The position numbers and the translations under genes are program-made. A model generated the notes under the pieces. It searched no databases. It saw only the letters and a list, made by a program, of their open reading frames with translations, and was not told the DNA's origin. Shown here piece by piece: positions 25,114 to 37,082 of a stretch of 40,947 bases of DNA. Position 1 is the first letter of the stretch, and each line of letters starts with the position of its first letter. The DNA comes from Octopus bimaculoides (taxonomy: Eukaryota). The stretch spans positions 171,403,282 to 171,444,228 of the forward strand of contig NC_068981.1 of the NCBI RefSeq assembly GCF_001194135.2, in the 5' to 3' direction.

Positions 25114-25271
25114 TTCCGGTGCCCATGAGAGACGATTCTCGTCTGTTACGATCTATGTGGGTGCTTTTATGCACCAAGCACTTAAATGAGAGAATCTTGC
25201 TAGGCTAATAACGCAGTATCCGGTGTTCTAACAAGACATGGCTGTCTCATTAGAATTTTATGTATGTATAC

Positions 25272-25321
<50 letters not shown>

Positions 25322-25962
25322 NNNNNNNNNNNNNNNNNNNNNNNNNNNNNNNNNNNNNNNNNNNNNNNNNNNNNNNNNNNNNNNNNNNNNNNNNNNNNNN
25401 NNNNNNNNNNNNNNNNNNNNNNNNNNNNNNNNNNNNNNNNNNNNNNNNNNNNNNNNNNNNNNNNNNNNNNNNNNNNNNNNNNNNNNNNNNNNNNNNNNNN
25501 NNNNNNNNNNNNNNNNNNNNNNNNNNNNNNNNNNNNNNNNNNNNNNNNNNNNNNNNNNNNNNNNNNNNNNNNNNNNNNNNNNNNNNNNNNNNNNNNNNNN
25601 NNNNNNNNNNNNNNNNNNNNNNNNNNNNNNNNNNNNNNNNNNNNNNNNNNNNNNNNNNNNNNNNNNNNNNNNNNNNNNNNNNNNNNNNNNNNNNNNNNNN
25701 NNNNNNNNNNNNNNNNNNNNNNNNCATGTCTTTTCAACTTGTTTTTTTGCATGTTTTCATAGATCAACTATGAATGTTGTATATGAATGTTATCTATTTT
25801 TATTGTCTGCCTGCTACTAATAATAAGGCCCTGGGGAGATGCAGTATCCCATATTTTATAATATGCATGAATTAATCTGGATATTGCATCGAAATGATCA
25901 CAGGTCATTATCATTATTATAATAAAGTATTTTCAATGGATCAGTTTTGAGCTCGCATTTAA

Positions 25963-26005
<43 letters not shown>

Positions 26006-26619
26006 AAACGCACCAACATTCATGTAAACACATATATATGAAAACAAAGGTGGTAAATCGTGTATCTGATAAAACTATGAGCTGTGTACAGGAGAAGATC
26101 TTTAAAACGTGGCGTTGACAGGAATATCACTGAAAGAGGTAAATAATCATATAGAATATAATAAAAACACACCAAGGAAACAAAAAGAACTATACACAAT
26201 ATAAATACGAAAATCTAAAATTAATTAATCATGGGAACCTATCCAAATGGAACCAGTGATGTCATTATACAATGGAGTTGTAGATGTATTATAGAATTTG
26301 GAGATGGTGATATGGAAATCATCTTAGAAACTCCATTTTCTTGTTGTCTTTATATTCCTCATTGACAGAATAATACGATTATATGTTGGATTTCATTGAA
26401 TGTTTTGTGCGCGTGTGTGTGTGTATGTGAGAGTATGTGTGCGTGAGCGTGCGCGCGCGCGTGTAGTTTATGTGTGCAGTATCGACTGAAGGGTCACCAG
26501 AATATACCTCATATGTGTATTCTAGTATTTCACCACTGAGGTAAGATTGAGTGAACTAATGACTGGTTTCCGATAAATTTACAAGCACTCACATAGGGGG
26601 ACACGCAGATATAGATATC

Positions 26620-26950
<331 letters not shown>

Positions 26951-28559
26951 CTTTGAAATCATAATCATGCAAATTTGATTTCTATCCATTTTTATCTTGG
27001 CAGCATTACATCCAAGTAAGGTTGTCATAGAAACTAGCAGAAACATACAATTGTTTATTTGTTTATGGCCTTATTGCGTTTTATGCTATGCATTTCATTG
27101 TTGTTATTTTTTTACTACTTTACACCTTCCTTCTATTTTTGATATGTTCTTTTACTTTTGTTATATTCATTGTATGTACCATATGAAAATTACAATTGTG
27201 TGAGCTCGTGTTGATACGAAGAAATTGCAGTGCTTTGGCTCTTACCACACGCGCATACATTGACTTATATACATACGTTCACACGACACACACGCGACCA
27301 CACACACAACTACGCAACTTTACATATGCATATGCATATATTATATATATATATATATNNNNNNNNNNNNNNNNNNNNNNNNNNNNNNNNNNNNNNNNNN
27401 NNNNNNNNNNNNNNNNNNNNNNNNNNNNNNNNNNNNNNNNNNNNNNNNNNNNNNNNNNNNNNNNNNNNNNNNNNNNNNNNNNNNNNNNNNNNNNNNNNNN
27501 NNNNNNNNNNNNNNNNNNNNNNNNNNNNNNNNNNNNNNNNNNNNNNNNNNNNNNNNNNNNNNNNNNNNNNNNNNNNNNNNNNNNNNNNNNNNNNNNNNNN
27601 NNNNNNNNNNNNNNNNNNNNNNNNNNNNNNNNNNNNNNNNNNNNNNNNNNNNNNNNNNNNNNNNNNNNNNNNNNNNNNNNNNNNNNNNNNNNNNNNNNNN
27701 NNNNNNNNNNNNNNNNNNNNNNNNNNNNNNNNNNNNNNNNNNNNNNNNNNNNNNNNNNNNNNNNNNNNNNNNNNNNNNNNNNNNNNNNNNNNNNNNNNNN
27801 NNNNNNNNNNNNNNNNNNNNNNNNNNNNNNNNNNNNNNNNNNNNNNNNNNNNNNNNNNNNNNNNNNNNNNNNNNNNNNNNNNNNNNNNNNNNNNNNNNNN
27901 NNNNNNNNNNNNNNNNNNNNNNNNNNNNNNNNNNNNNNNNNNNNNNNNNNNNNNNNNNNNNNNNNNNNTTTATATGTGTGGAAAACATATATGTGAAAAA
28001 CTGTCATAAATTTGACAAGTGAAGTCATAGTCAATAAGAAAAAAAGAAAACAAATTGTTCGAACTTGCAGTAAACATTGTTTGGCTATAATAAATTTACA
28101 ATGTTATAGGCTACTTGTTTTCATTGGTTACTGAGATCTAAAACTGGATATGGTAATTTATGACACATGTCTTGATCTGTCGCATAAAACAATATAAACA
28201 CGATCAGTTAAACTCGTGTCTCTTTCCAATCTTTTGAGAAGGAATTGATCAGCCAACGTGCCAGAAACGCAGTATGCAGTCGCTAGACATGTTAAAAACA
28301 ACATTTAAGTTTCTTTCAATTGATTCTACTATTTTAAAAAGTTAATAGGTACGGTGTATACTGTAGATCTAGATGCAATATATTACACGAGTTCACGGTT
28401 AGAATATCCTTCATTTTAGATTTGCAGAATGAATATAGACCTGGGGTTAAAACATAACAACAACGACAGAAACAACAATAGTCAACTCAGCACTTTACAT
28501 TCGCTTTCAGAGAAATTTAGTCATAGAAGAAGATTAAATATTTGACACGAGAAAAATAC

Positions 28560-28755
28560 TGGTTCCTAATTTTGGTACACTGTAAGCACTTTGGAGGAGA
28601 GGATGAGTAGTCAATAGGTAAACCCTTCAGTACTTGATTGCTAGTTTATTTTAACGAATTCTGAGGGGGGTGGGGAATGAAAATTAACATAAAGAGCCGA
28701 AACGAATACGACAACGTATTTTTTCCGAAGCCCTAATGATTCTGCTAGACTGATG
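28560..28755 (-). mobile_element. Highly degenerate tRNA-derived SINE copy (antisense)
   Basis: The blocks 'CCTAATTTTGGTACA', 'CAGTACTTGATTGCTAGTTTATTTTAACGA' and 'TAATGATTCTGCTAG' resemble the reverse complement of a common cephalopod SINE as I recall it. Not searched. Confidence 0.4.
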
Positions 28756-30049
28756 GATTAAATGGTATGGAAACATAAAGAGAAGCTTGACACGTTCGTT
28801 AAACGGGTTAGAAACGGCAGCTGATCACTCATTGTAATCTTACAAAAATGTATGGTCTTGTTATACTATACTTCTGTATACTTATTTTTGCAAAGACGTG
28901 TTGCATTACACATATTAAATGTTGCCAGCTCAATCAAGATTGATATAGAGTAAACAATAACAGTAGTAGCAACAACACGAAAATTAACAAGAACCGTAGC
29001 CAGAGTTGTAGAAACAACCAGTAGCATGAATAGTCTGATAATACCTCTGTCGAAACATCTGGAATATCTTTTTATACCTATTAGAAATGAAATTCTGCAA
29101 TGATTAACCACTGCAACAGAATGGAAACAATGTGAGGTTTCACTCAAACCGTCTCTGATATGAATAAAATGACGGAATCAACGTAGTCGAGGAAACTGTT
29201 AAGAATAGTATTCAAATTTTACCCTCACACCTTAAATACATTGGACAAAGGAGCGTTATATGTAGAACAGAAAATGCCATAACAAGAGTGTTTTTGACCA
29301 TAGGTCTACTCAAAGCATGTTCTTGTGATTCATTTATGAGCTGCGAGCGATTCTTTCTTCCTACCACAGTGAGAAACGCTAAACAAAGAGCTAATATCTG
29401 AATATTTATGCTCTCAATCATCTCTTCTTTTCACTACATAGCTTCTGTAGTACATTAAAAGGTAGCAAAGGGAACAGGAGAGAAAATTATAAGAGGTTAC
29501 AAGAGATTTCAAAACGCATCACAGTTTTATCCTCTCTGAATTTCAAAATATATTCATAAGCTGAAATAACAAGCACACCCATTTATAATTATATAATGTA
29601 TATGAAACTAGTATTTGGCATTTATATATTGTATATATTATAATAGTTGTTACAGTATATTTAATTTTGTTGTTTTCTTTGTTGTTATGTCTTAATGTTC
29701 TTGTTATGTTTTGCAACATCGAAGGACAAGAGCTGAATGTAAGAGTATGGTATGATTTTATTATAAGCATGAAAGTATTCCACTTTAATTAAACTACTTA
29801 CTGATTCCTTGCACAAAAATTGAATTTGTGTAACCTATCACTTATTCATCCTTTAAAATATAGGGCAAAAGTTTTCGAGAAAAGTCAATATTATAAGTGT
29901 TTGTTTGTTTCGAGGAATTAGAGTTGTGCTCAGTTCATTTATGCTTTATGTCTAGCAACAATTTGTGGTCTAAAATGAGAAAATTTGTGTACATTTTTGT
30001 AGAAAAGTTTTGCTTTATCTTGTTTTATTTTTTTCCCTATGCTTCATAT

Positions 30050-31995
30050 CTATGTTTCCATTGTATTGAGAACTTGTCGAATGATTTTTGATGATCGGTT
30101 TAGATGGAATTTTTGTACCGCATCTCTTTCATGGTTAAAGTTAAGTTGTCCAAAGTTTTTCGCAACTTGTTTGTCAATCTTCTTAAGGCTCCAATAGTGA
30201 TCGGAAGTCTCATAACTCTGTTAACTCCTCTGTTCCATCACTCATGGATTTCATACTTGAGATTGGTGTAACACTCTACCTTCTCTTGCTTCTTTCTTTT
30301 TATTCTGGTGGAAAATTGGCATGTTACCAAGAATACAATACACAGTTTCTTCTTATTGTCGATGAGTACAACATCCAGTATGTTGTGTTCTATCCTTTTT
30401 TTCTATTTGCATGAAAAAGTCCCGCAACGACTTCAGCGTTTTCGGAAGCTTGGATTTTTATACCACAAAATAACCACCAGATGATTATTGCTATTTTCTG
30501 AGAGTACAAAGCCAAATTTCTGCAAAACCTCTTGCGTGTTATTGCAGCAGTCTTATCACTCATGAACTTTTTGTATACATTCTGAGTAAATAATGGGTTT
30601 TTCTTTGAAGGTTTTATTTTCTCTTTTCCACATTTTCCTATTTCCATTTTGTTGTGTGCTGCTTGTTTTGTAAAAAGTTATTCACTAATTTACTCTTGAA
30701 AGAGTGTTACTTTCTTTTCCTTTCGATAAAAATATCATCCCTAGTTCTATTACCTCTTCCACATTTATTAACCTTCTTCCTGTTGTTGTTTTCCAGTATT
30801 CACATCTGATTGAGGATATATGCTCATCCTTTCTATATTCAATCATTTTTACCCAATATCTTGTTAAGAAAGCTGCCCTGACGTTGATTGCTTGTATGAT
30901 GTTTCCGTCATTAGGTGAAAATATTCTGTGCTGCAGGCTTTCTTCATTTCTATACTTTTTATTTTTTTAGCTTTGTAGTATGCCTAGATATCTATATTTC
31001 TACTGCGTCTAATGATTTTATATTCTCATCATTAGATAGATCTACGTATTCCAGCATATTTTATGGGTTTTCCGTTTCGCCTTTACCGTTGCACTGTTTG
31101 GGATCCTAAAAGCCATCGCAATATCGTAAATAAATATTCTTACAGTTTCTACCAAGGAATCCTGTTCGTACTTGCCTTTGACATGAAGTTCTAAATCATA
31201 CAGTAAGTACATGATCCTCTTTTCCCCTATTCTTTCCCAATGAGAATCCCTCTTTAGTTTTGTTTAGTATAATCAGCAAATTACAATCAAAATGGGAGAG
31301 AGGCTGCTCCTTGAAAAGCTCCTCTTCAGATATTTCTGTCTATTAACATTTTCGTTCCTGTTGTAACTTTACTCTCTACCTACGCATTGCGTTTTTTGTG
31401 AGGCACTTCACTTTCCTAAATTGTTGAAGAGTTCACGGATGTGACACCAGGTCGTACGTGATGCATAAGTTTCTCAATCTCTGAAATTCCAGAAAACTAT
31501 ATTGTTAATCACAGAATTGCTCCTTAGTTTCTCTACACTTTATTATGACAGCTTTTCTGCTGATCAGGAATTAAGTGTTTCTCATATAAGCTTTAGTATA
31601 CCTCTTTTAAAATTAATCCTGTTACAAGTTTTCACATGATTAGGAGACATATAACTGCTGGATAACTTAAGGCAATTTTATTTTCAGTATTAGGCAGGTT
31701 TTCTCTCCGTTAGCCACAGTATTATTTCTTCCTTTGATATTCCTTTATTTTGTATCACTATGCTTTTATGGAGTTTTGTAAATCTTTCAGCTAGTAAATA
31801 TGAACCAGGTCTAATCTTGCTGATTTCTAGACCTGTTTCAAACTACTTTCAAATATTGGATTTCCTGGATGTAACATCTAATTTCACTTCAATATTTTCC
31901 GAGTAATTTTCCTTTGAGCTTTATCTGTGTTTGATATTTTTTTCCTAAATTTCATCTCAAAATGACTTGCTTTCTTCTGTATTTGGTCTTAAGTC
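30050..31995 (-). mobile_element. Old, heavily mutated R4/Dong-clade LINE (RT through RLE endonuclease)
   Basis: Collinear decayed motifs on the minus strand: 'PNTEESKSF*DEI*E', 'RFTKLHKSI', 'AVICLLIM*KLVTGLI', 'YDLVSH', 'RGAFQG', 'SLVETVRIF', 'RYLGILQ', 'GNIIQAIN', 'CGKE', 'RIEHNILDVVLIDNKKK', 'PITIGAL', 'IIRQVL'. Confidence 0.8.
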
Positions 31996-32029
31996 GGTAT
32001 TTCCCTACCTTCCTTCAAGTCTATGAGTA

Positions 32030-32250
32030 CTTTTTTCTTGCGAAGGAAGCATGAGAGCTTGAAGGTTGGTGTATGCGGATGGCATCACCATAATGGTGTC
32101 AGACATCACAGAAATGTAGGTAGTCGATTCTATTGTAAAGTATTGTGAAGCAATGGCAGGAGCAAAATTAAATCCGGAAGAATCGGTGGGAATACAAGTC
32201 GGCATCTGCCATTGAGTAGCACAGTAGGTCGTTGTATAGCTGGATCGGAT
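32030..32250 (+). mobile_element. L1/Tx1-like reverse transcriptase fragment
   Basis: Plus frame 'LVYADGITIMVSDITEM*VVDSIVKYCEAMAGAKLNPEESVGIQVG' resembles the L1/Tx1 pattern 'YADD.TV.......L..YE..SGAKIN..KS.GL.LG'. YADG is at 32072-32083. Confidence 0.55.
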
Positions 32251-32743
32251 CAAAGGTAAATTATATGAAAGAAATGCACACCGGGAATTAATCACACTGT
32301 TACATAATCAAAAATCTCAACACAAAAGGCATTGCACCAAACCATGAACTGACACAAAGATTACAAAATCACTAAAATCTAAAATTTTGTGATCACTATA
32401 AATTCACTATGAAATAAAAGGTGTAACTTTCCAGAGTAATTTATATATTCGTTTAAGTTACTGTCAATACAATCGTGTTTGGGTTCTGAAATTTAGCAAC
32501 TGCCATTCTGTTTTGTTTTCTCGTCATACTCGACCCTGTTCTCTAGTGTTCTTCCTGGTATTGTACCCGCTGATTTTCGATCGAGTTATTTCATCACACT
32601 TCTCTTTCAATCCCTCCCTCCCGCTTATTTTCTGACCCTATCTCTCACTCTCTTACTTCCGCTTACTCTCCCCCCTCTCTCTCTCAAAATGCCACAATTA
32701 ATCAGCTAAATATTTACAAAGCATATTCCCTCATGTAATGCCT

Positions 32744-33042
32744 GCGTGTTCTGATTGCTTATGTGTTGCACGTGAAATCGCTGTTTCGATTCCCCCGACC
32801 AAGCGGTGTTGTGTTCATGGGCAAAACATTTCATTTCACGTCGCTCCAGCCCACTCAGGTGCAAATGAGTAACCCTGCAACGTACTGGCATTCCATTTTT
32901 TGACACGCCAGTCGTGATGTCGGTCACTCATACGCCATAGGCCTACCCGCCTAACCAAGTGAGTTGCATCATTTGAAAGCTACAAAAATGGCGGGAGCGA
33001 ATTGTGATCAGCGAAGCATAACAACATCCGATAGTTAGATCG
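32744..33042 (+). mobile_element. tRNA-derived SINE (same family as 12644-12768), near full length and decayed
   Basis: B box GTTTCGATTCCC at 32783, plus a central block shared with the 12.7 kb copy. Confidence 0.7.
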
Positions 33043-34029
33043 TTTCAGTGATATTTTTTCTTATGTTAATTTTGAAAATTAATATAGTAGGTAGCCTCTA
33101 GTTTCCAGCTCAGTCATATAGATTCTTCTAATTTGTTGATTTCAAAGCAAACTTCCTATTATTTCCTGTCTTAGTTCTTTTATCTTCCCTCCTATCGTCT
33201 TATTCTTCCGCTTCTTGCTTCAATTCTTCGATTTCGTTTCATAGAAATTGTTACGTAAATGTTAAAATCTGCAGCAGAAGGTAAAAATATAACGAATATA
33301 ATATATATTGCGAAAAAATTAATAATGCGAAAAACTGTACAAAGAATTTGTCTTTCCGAATGATAGATTTAAAGAATTATTGAAAGACGTTATATCCATT
33401 AATTATTTTTACTAAATAAGGATGGATATGAAAAATTATTTGAAGTTGTTGCTCCCGTTTTTGATTTGTATTTATATAAAAATATATAAAGCTTTCACTC
33501 TAAGCCCAGGAAGCACATTCTCTTTTACCCGGGAATACCATTTAAACACGAAGTGAGAATAAAATTTGTTGCGCAAAAATTTGTAGTAGAAAAACAAATA
33601 GTAAAAGATAACAAGAAACCGTAATAATTTCCTTGATGTCTTCATATCTGCTGCTCCATGAAACTAAGAAATTTTTAACTTGACAAAAGCGAAAGGGGAA
33701 AAACTACAAAACAGATATTTCCTAGAAAATGAAATTAATCAAGTACACAAGCGGTCAATAATGATAGTATGATAAATAGCTGGCAGCCGACTACCATCTA
33801 GCCTCCTAAAGGCATTCATTGTGAGAAAAACGTATTACATTGCTGTCGAATTGTGCAAAAAGGAAGAATAAAAGTATCCAATTATACTATCATTAAAAAC
33901 GAGATTAAGTTCCATCTTACCTTTTTTAATAAATCTTAACAAATATTTTGTCAAAATGTCACGGTTTAGCAAAGCATTCAACACAAGACAACAAACTAAT
34001 ACTATAGTTTCTGAATCATTGCCCCCACC

Positions 34030-34095
34030 GTATGTATGTATACATGTGTATATATGTATACATATATACACACTCACACACACACACACACGCAA

Positions 34096-34128
<33 letters not shown>

Positions 34129-34152
34129 CACACTCTCACACACACACACACA
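34030..34152. repeat. (TA)n/(CA)n compound microsatellite
   Basis: Direct reading. Confidence 0.95.
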
Positions 34153-34951
34153 TACAAAAGAGGGTGTTCGGGCGAAATTTGACGGATTTTATGTCTTATT
34201 TTTCAGGAACAGCTTCATATATTTGTGAACAATCAACAGCATTAGAGAGCATAATGATTGTAGTTGAGGAAAAGTTAGCGGACAAGGAGAAGCGGACACC
34301 GTCTGAATATTGGGAAATGAGTTGGCATCAAAAGGCCGACATCATGAGCTCTGTGAACACTGCAAAAGCTACAAGACGCAATATGGGCACCATGAAAACC
34401 AAGCTCCTCCAAACAATGATGACCTTTGGGGATGTCCCCAGTAAGGGTAACCTTATGCCACCCGACAATTTTGAACAGGACTTTTGGTTCAATTCACATG
34501 GCTATGTGAAACTGAGACCAGGGTCAAACTGGAGAGGATTGTTGTTGGAAGATCAAGTATGGCAGCAGGATTTGGTTCTTCGGAAAGAGTTGGAAGTGGT
34601 AACCGGAAAATTTTCTGCCCCCCCCCACCTAATTCTCCCGATTGTAATCCCATGTGTTACTATATGTAGGGCGCCGTTGAGAAAGAAATCCAGCATTCTG
34701 CTTGCGATATCAAAGCTGAGCTGATGGCCAAGATCAGGAAGGTGTTCGAAGATTTTTTCAGCAACGCCGTGAGGAATGCATGAGCTTGGTTCAGCATCCG
34801 TCTTGAGGCCGTTAGGAAAGCTGTCGGCGTTACTCTGTGTAAATTGTTATTTTACACTCATAATTTATTAATATTTTCATTTTGAGGTGGGATATTGGGT
34901 TTCCTTTTGATTTTGTACAAACTCTCAAATCTAGTCCGATCACGTTTTATA
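34153..34951 (+). mobile_element. Internally deleted Tc1/mariner-superfamily transposon, probably the maT (DD37D) group
   Basis: Decayed transposase: 'MKTKLLQTMMTFGDVPSKGNLMPPDNFEQ', 'VWQQD', 'PPNSPDCNPMCYYM*GAVEK', 'IRLEAV'. Degenerate inverted ends: AGGGTGTTCGGGCGAAATTTGACG versus the right-end reverse complement AACGTGATCGGACTAGATTTGAGA. Confidence 0.75.
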
Positions 34952-36117
34952 CAATGTGTTGTTACTGATGTAATGATTGTGATAGGGAGTGGTTTCTTTC
35001 GCTTGCTATATGTATATTGGTCTCCTTTTTATGAATATTGATATATGGTTTAAGATTTTTGCGTTGGGGGTGCCAGTGTCAGTTTTTGGTGTTTGCTTTA
35101 TTCCGAATGGAGTTCAGACCCATTATTTTGAAAATGATTTTGTTTTTGGTGTCGTGATATAATTTCATTTTTTTAAAATTCAGTATGAGTATGTCTAGCA
35201 TAATCTTGTGTGTTTTCTGTTTTTTATCTGTGGTGCGGAGATAGGTGAAACCCAAGACGTTTATATGTGAAAAACATATGGTTTGAAAAACAGCTGCTTT
35301 TATAAAGAAAATAATAGCCGCGAATTCAGTCAAACACGAAAAGCCACATTCATTAGAAATATAGTCGATGCAACACTCAATTACTTACCCAAATTTTTTC
35401 AAACTAAACTCATTCAAAACATTCACTTGAGAAACTTTACACGCTTACACACAAGAAAAAATTACGTAAATAAAACAATAAATAAATAATCAAATACGCC
35501 CAGCATCACCAACACACGACCTACAATTACGAGAAATACAAACAACGCCTCACAGGAATAACAATAGAACCGAAATGAACAATGAACAGCCGGACGCAAC
35601 AGACCACAAACATACATCACGTATATGTATGTATGTTTGTATATATGTATATGTATATATATANNNNNNNNNNNNNNNNNNNNNNNNNNNNNNNNNNNNN
35701 NNNNNNNNNNNNNNNNNNNNNNNNNNNNNNNNNNNNNNNNNNNNNNNNNNNNNNNNNNNNNNNNNNNNNNNNNNNNNNNNNNNNNNNNNNNNNNNNNNNN
35801 NNNNNNNNNNNNNNNNNNNNNNNNNNNNNNNNNNNNNNNNNNNNNNNNNNNNNNNNNNNNNNNNNNNNNNNNNNNNNNNNNNNNNNNNNNNNNNNNNNNN
35901 NNNNNNNNNNNNNNNNNNNNNNNNNNNNNNNNNNNNNNNNNNNNNNNNNNNNNNNNNNNNNNNNNNNNNNNNNNNNNNNNNNNNNNNNNNNNNNNNNNNN
36001 NNNNNNNNNNNNNNNNNNNNNNNNNNNNNNNNNNNNNNNNNNNNNNNNNNNNNNNNNNNNNNNNNNNNNNNNNNNNNNNNNNNNNNNNNNNNNNNNNNNN
36101 NNNNNNNNNNNNNNNNN

Positions 36118-36441
36118 GCCTGCTCGTGAAATTAACGTGCAAGTGGCTGAGCACTCCACAGACACGTGTACCCTTAACGTAGTTCTCGGGGATATTCAGC
36201 GTGACACAGTGTGACAAGGCTGACCCTTTGAATTACAGGCACAACAGAAACAGGAAGTAAGAGTGAGTGAAAGTTGTGGTGAAAGAGTACAGCAGGGTTC
36301 GCCACCATCCCCTGCCGGAGCCTCGTGTAGCTTTAGGTGTTTTCGCTCAATAAACACTCACAACGCCCGGTCTGGGAATCGAAACCGCGATCCTATGACT
36401 ACGAGTCCGCTGCTCTAACCACTGGGCCATTGCGTCTCCAC
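36118..36441 (-). mobile_element. tRNA-derived SINE, well preserved; 3' end lost in the N-gap
   Basis: On the minus strand: A box TGGCCCAGTGG (36429-36419) and B box GGTTTCGATTCCC (36386-36374), followed by a non-tRNA body. It resembles abundant octopus SINEs. Confidence 0.88.
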
Positions 36442-36442
36442 G

Positions 36443-36925
36443 TGATCATTGATATACACTGGTGAAATCGAGGAAACGAGCAAAATAGAAAAAGCCAATT
36501 TACCATTAACGATGAAAATCGCAAATGAGTTACAGGCTACTTATATCATATGATTTCAGGCCCTGTGAACAAGCACTTAGCCTTCATCAGTGAGTATTAC
36601 CGTCTACAGGGCTAAGGATTACTATCTTTGTACACTTCATTATAATTATAATATATATATATTTACATTATATTTTATTCACATCGATCATTTTAAATTT
36701 CCCGCTGAATTCTTTTGGTCAATACGCACATGGTGAGACAAGTTATCTTCAGCCCCGAAAACGGTAATACTCATTGATGAAAGCTAAGTGTTTGTTCACA
36801 GGACCCGAAGTCCTATATGAGAACGCCTGTTACTCATTTGCGATTTTCAATCTCTAATGGTAAGTTGGCTTTTTCTATTTTGCTCGTTTTCTCCCATTCA
36901 CCAGTGTGTATAAATGATTACAGTG
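36443..36925. repeat. Diverged inverted repeat (~190 bp arms, 36443-36632 and 36737-36925), each arm carrying a hammerhead-like motif
   Basis: The reverse complement of the left arm aligns with the right arm. Example: GGTAATACTCA[C/T]TGATGAA[G/A]GCTAAGTG[C/T]TTGTTCACAGG..ACTCATTTGCGATTTTCA..TTGGCTTTTTCTATTTTGCTCGTTT. Confidence 0.9.
36538..36596 (-). ncRNA. Minimal type-I hammerhead ribozyme motif
   Basis: TACTCA-CTGATGA-AGGC(18 nt)GCCT-GAA-ATCATATGAT-A|TAAGTA: intact core, palindromic helix III, AUA triplet, one C.A mismatch in helix I. Confidence 0.75.
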
Positions 36926-37082
36926 GTTTTGAGTCGTTTTAGACTCCCATATCTTGCAATGCTGGTACTATCCTTGTGCCCTTCATTATAATTATAATAT
37001 AATTATATGTGTGTGTGTATGTATATATATATATGTGTGTGTGTGTGCGTGTATGTGTATATATATGTATATGTATATATAT

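Noticed and set aside
28866-29421. ORFs with signal-peptide-like, receptor-like or 'YIGQ' GIY-YIG-like hints
   Set aside because: Motifs are inconsistent between frames and strands, and no coherent domain emerges.
32005-32295. 96-aa minus-strand ORF that looks protein-like
   Set aside because: It is better explained as the antisense shadow of the L1-like RT fragment on the plus strand.
36370-36441. tRNA gene
   Set aside because: A and B boxes are present, but the anticodon and acceptor stems do not pair and the sequence continues into a SINE body.
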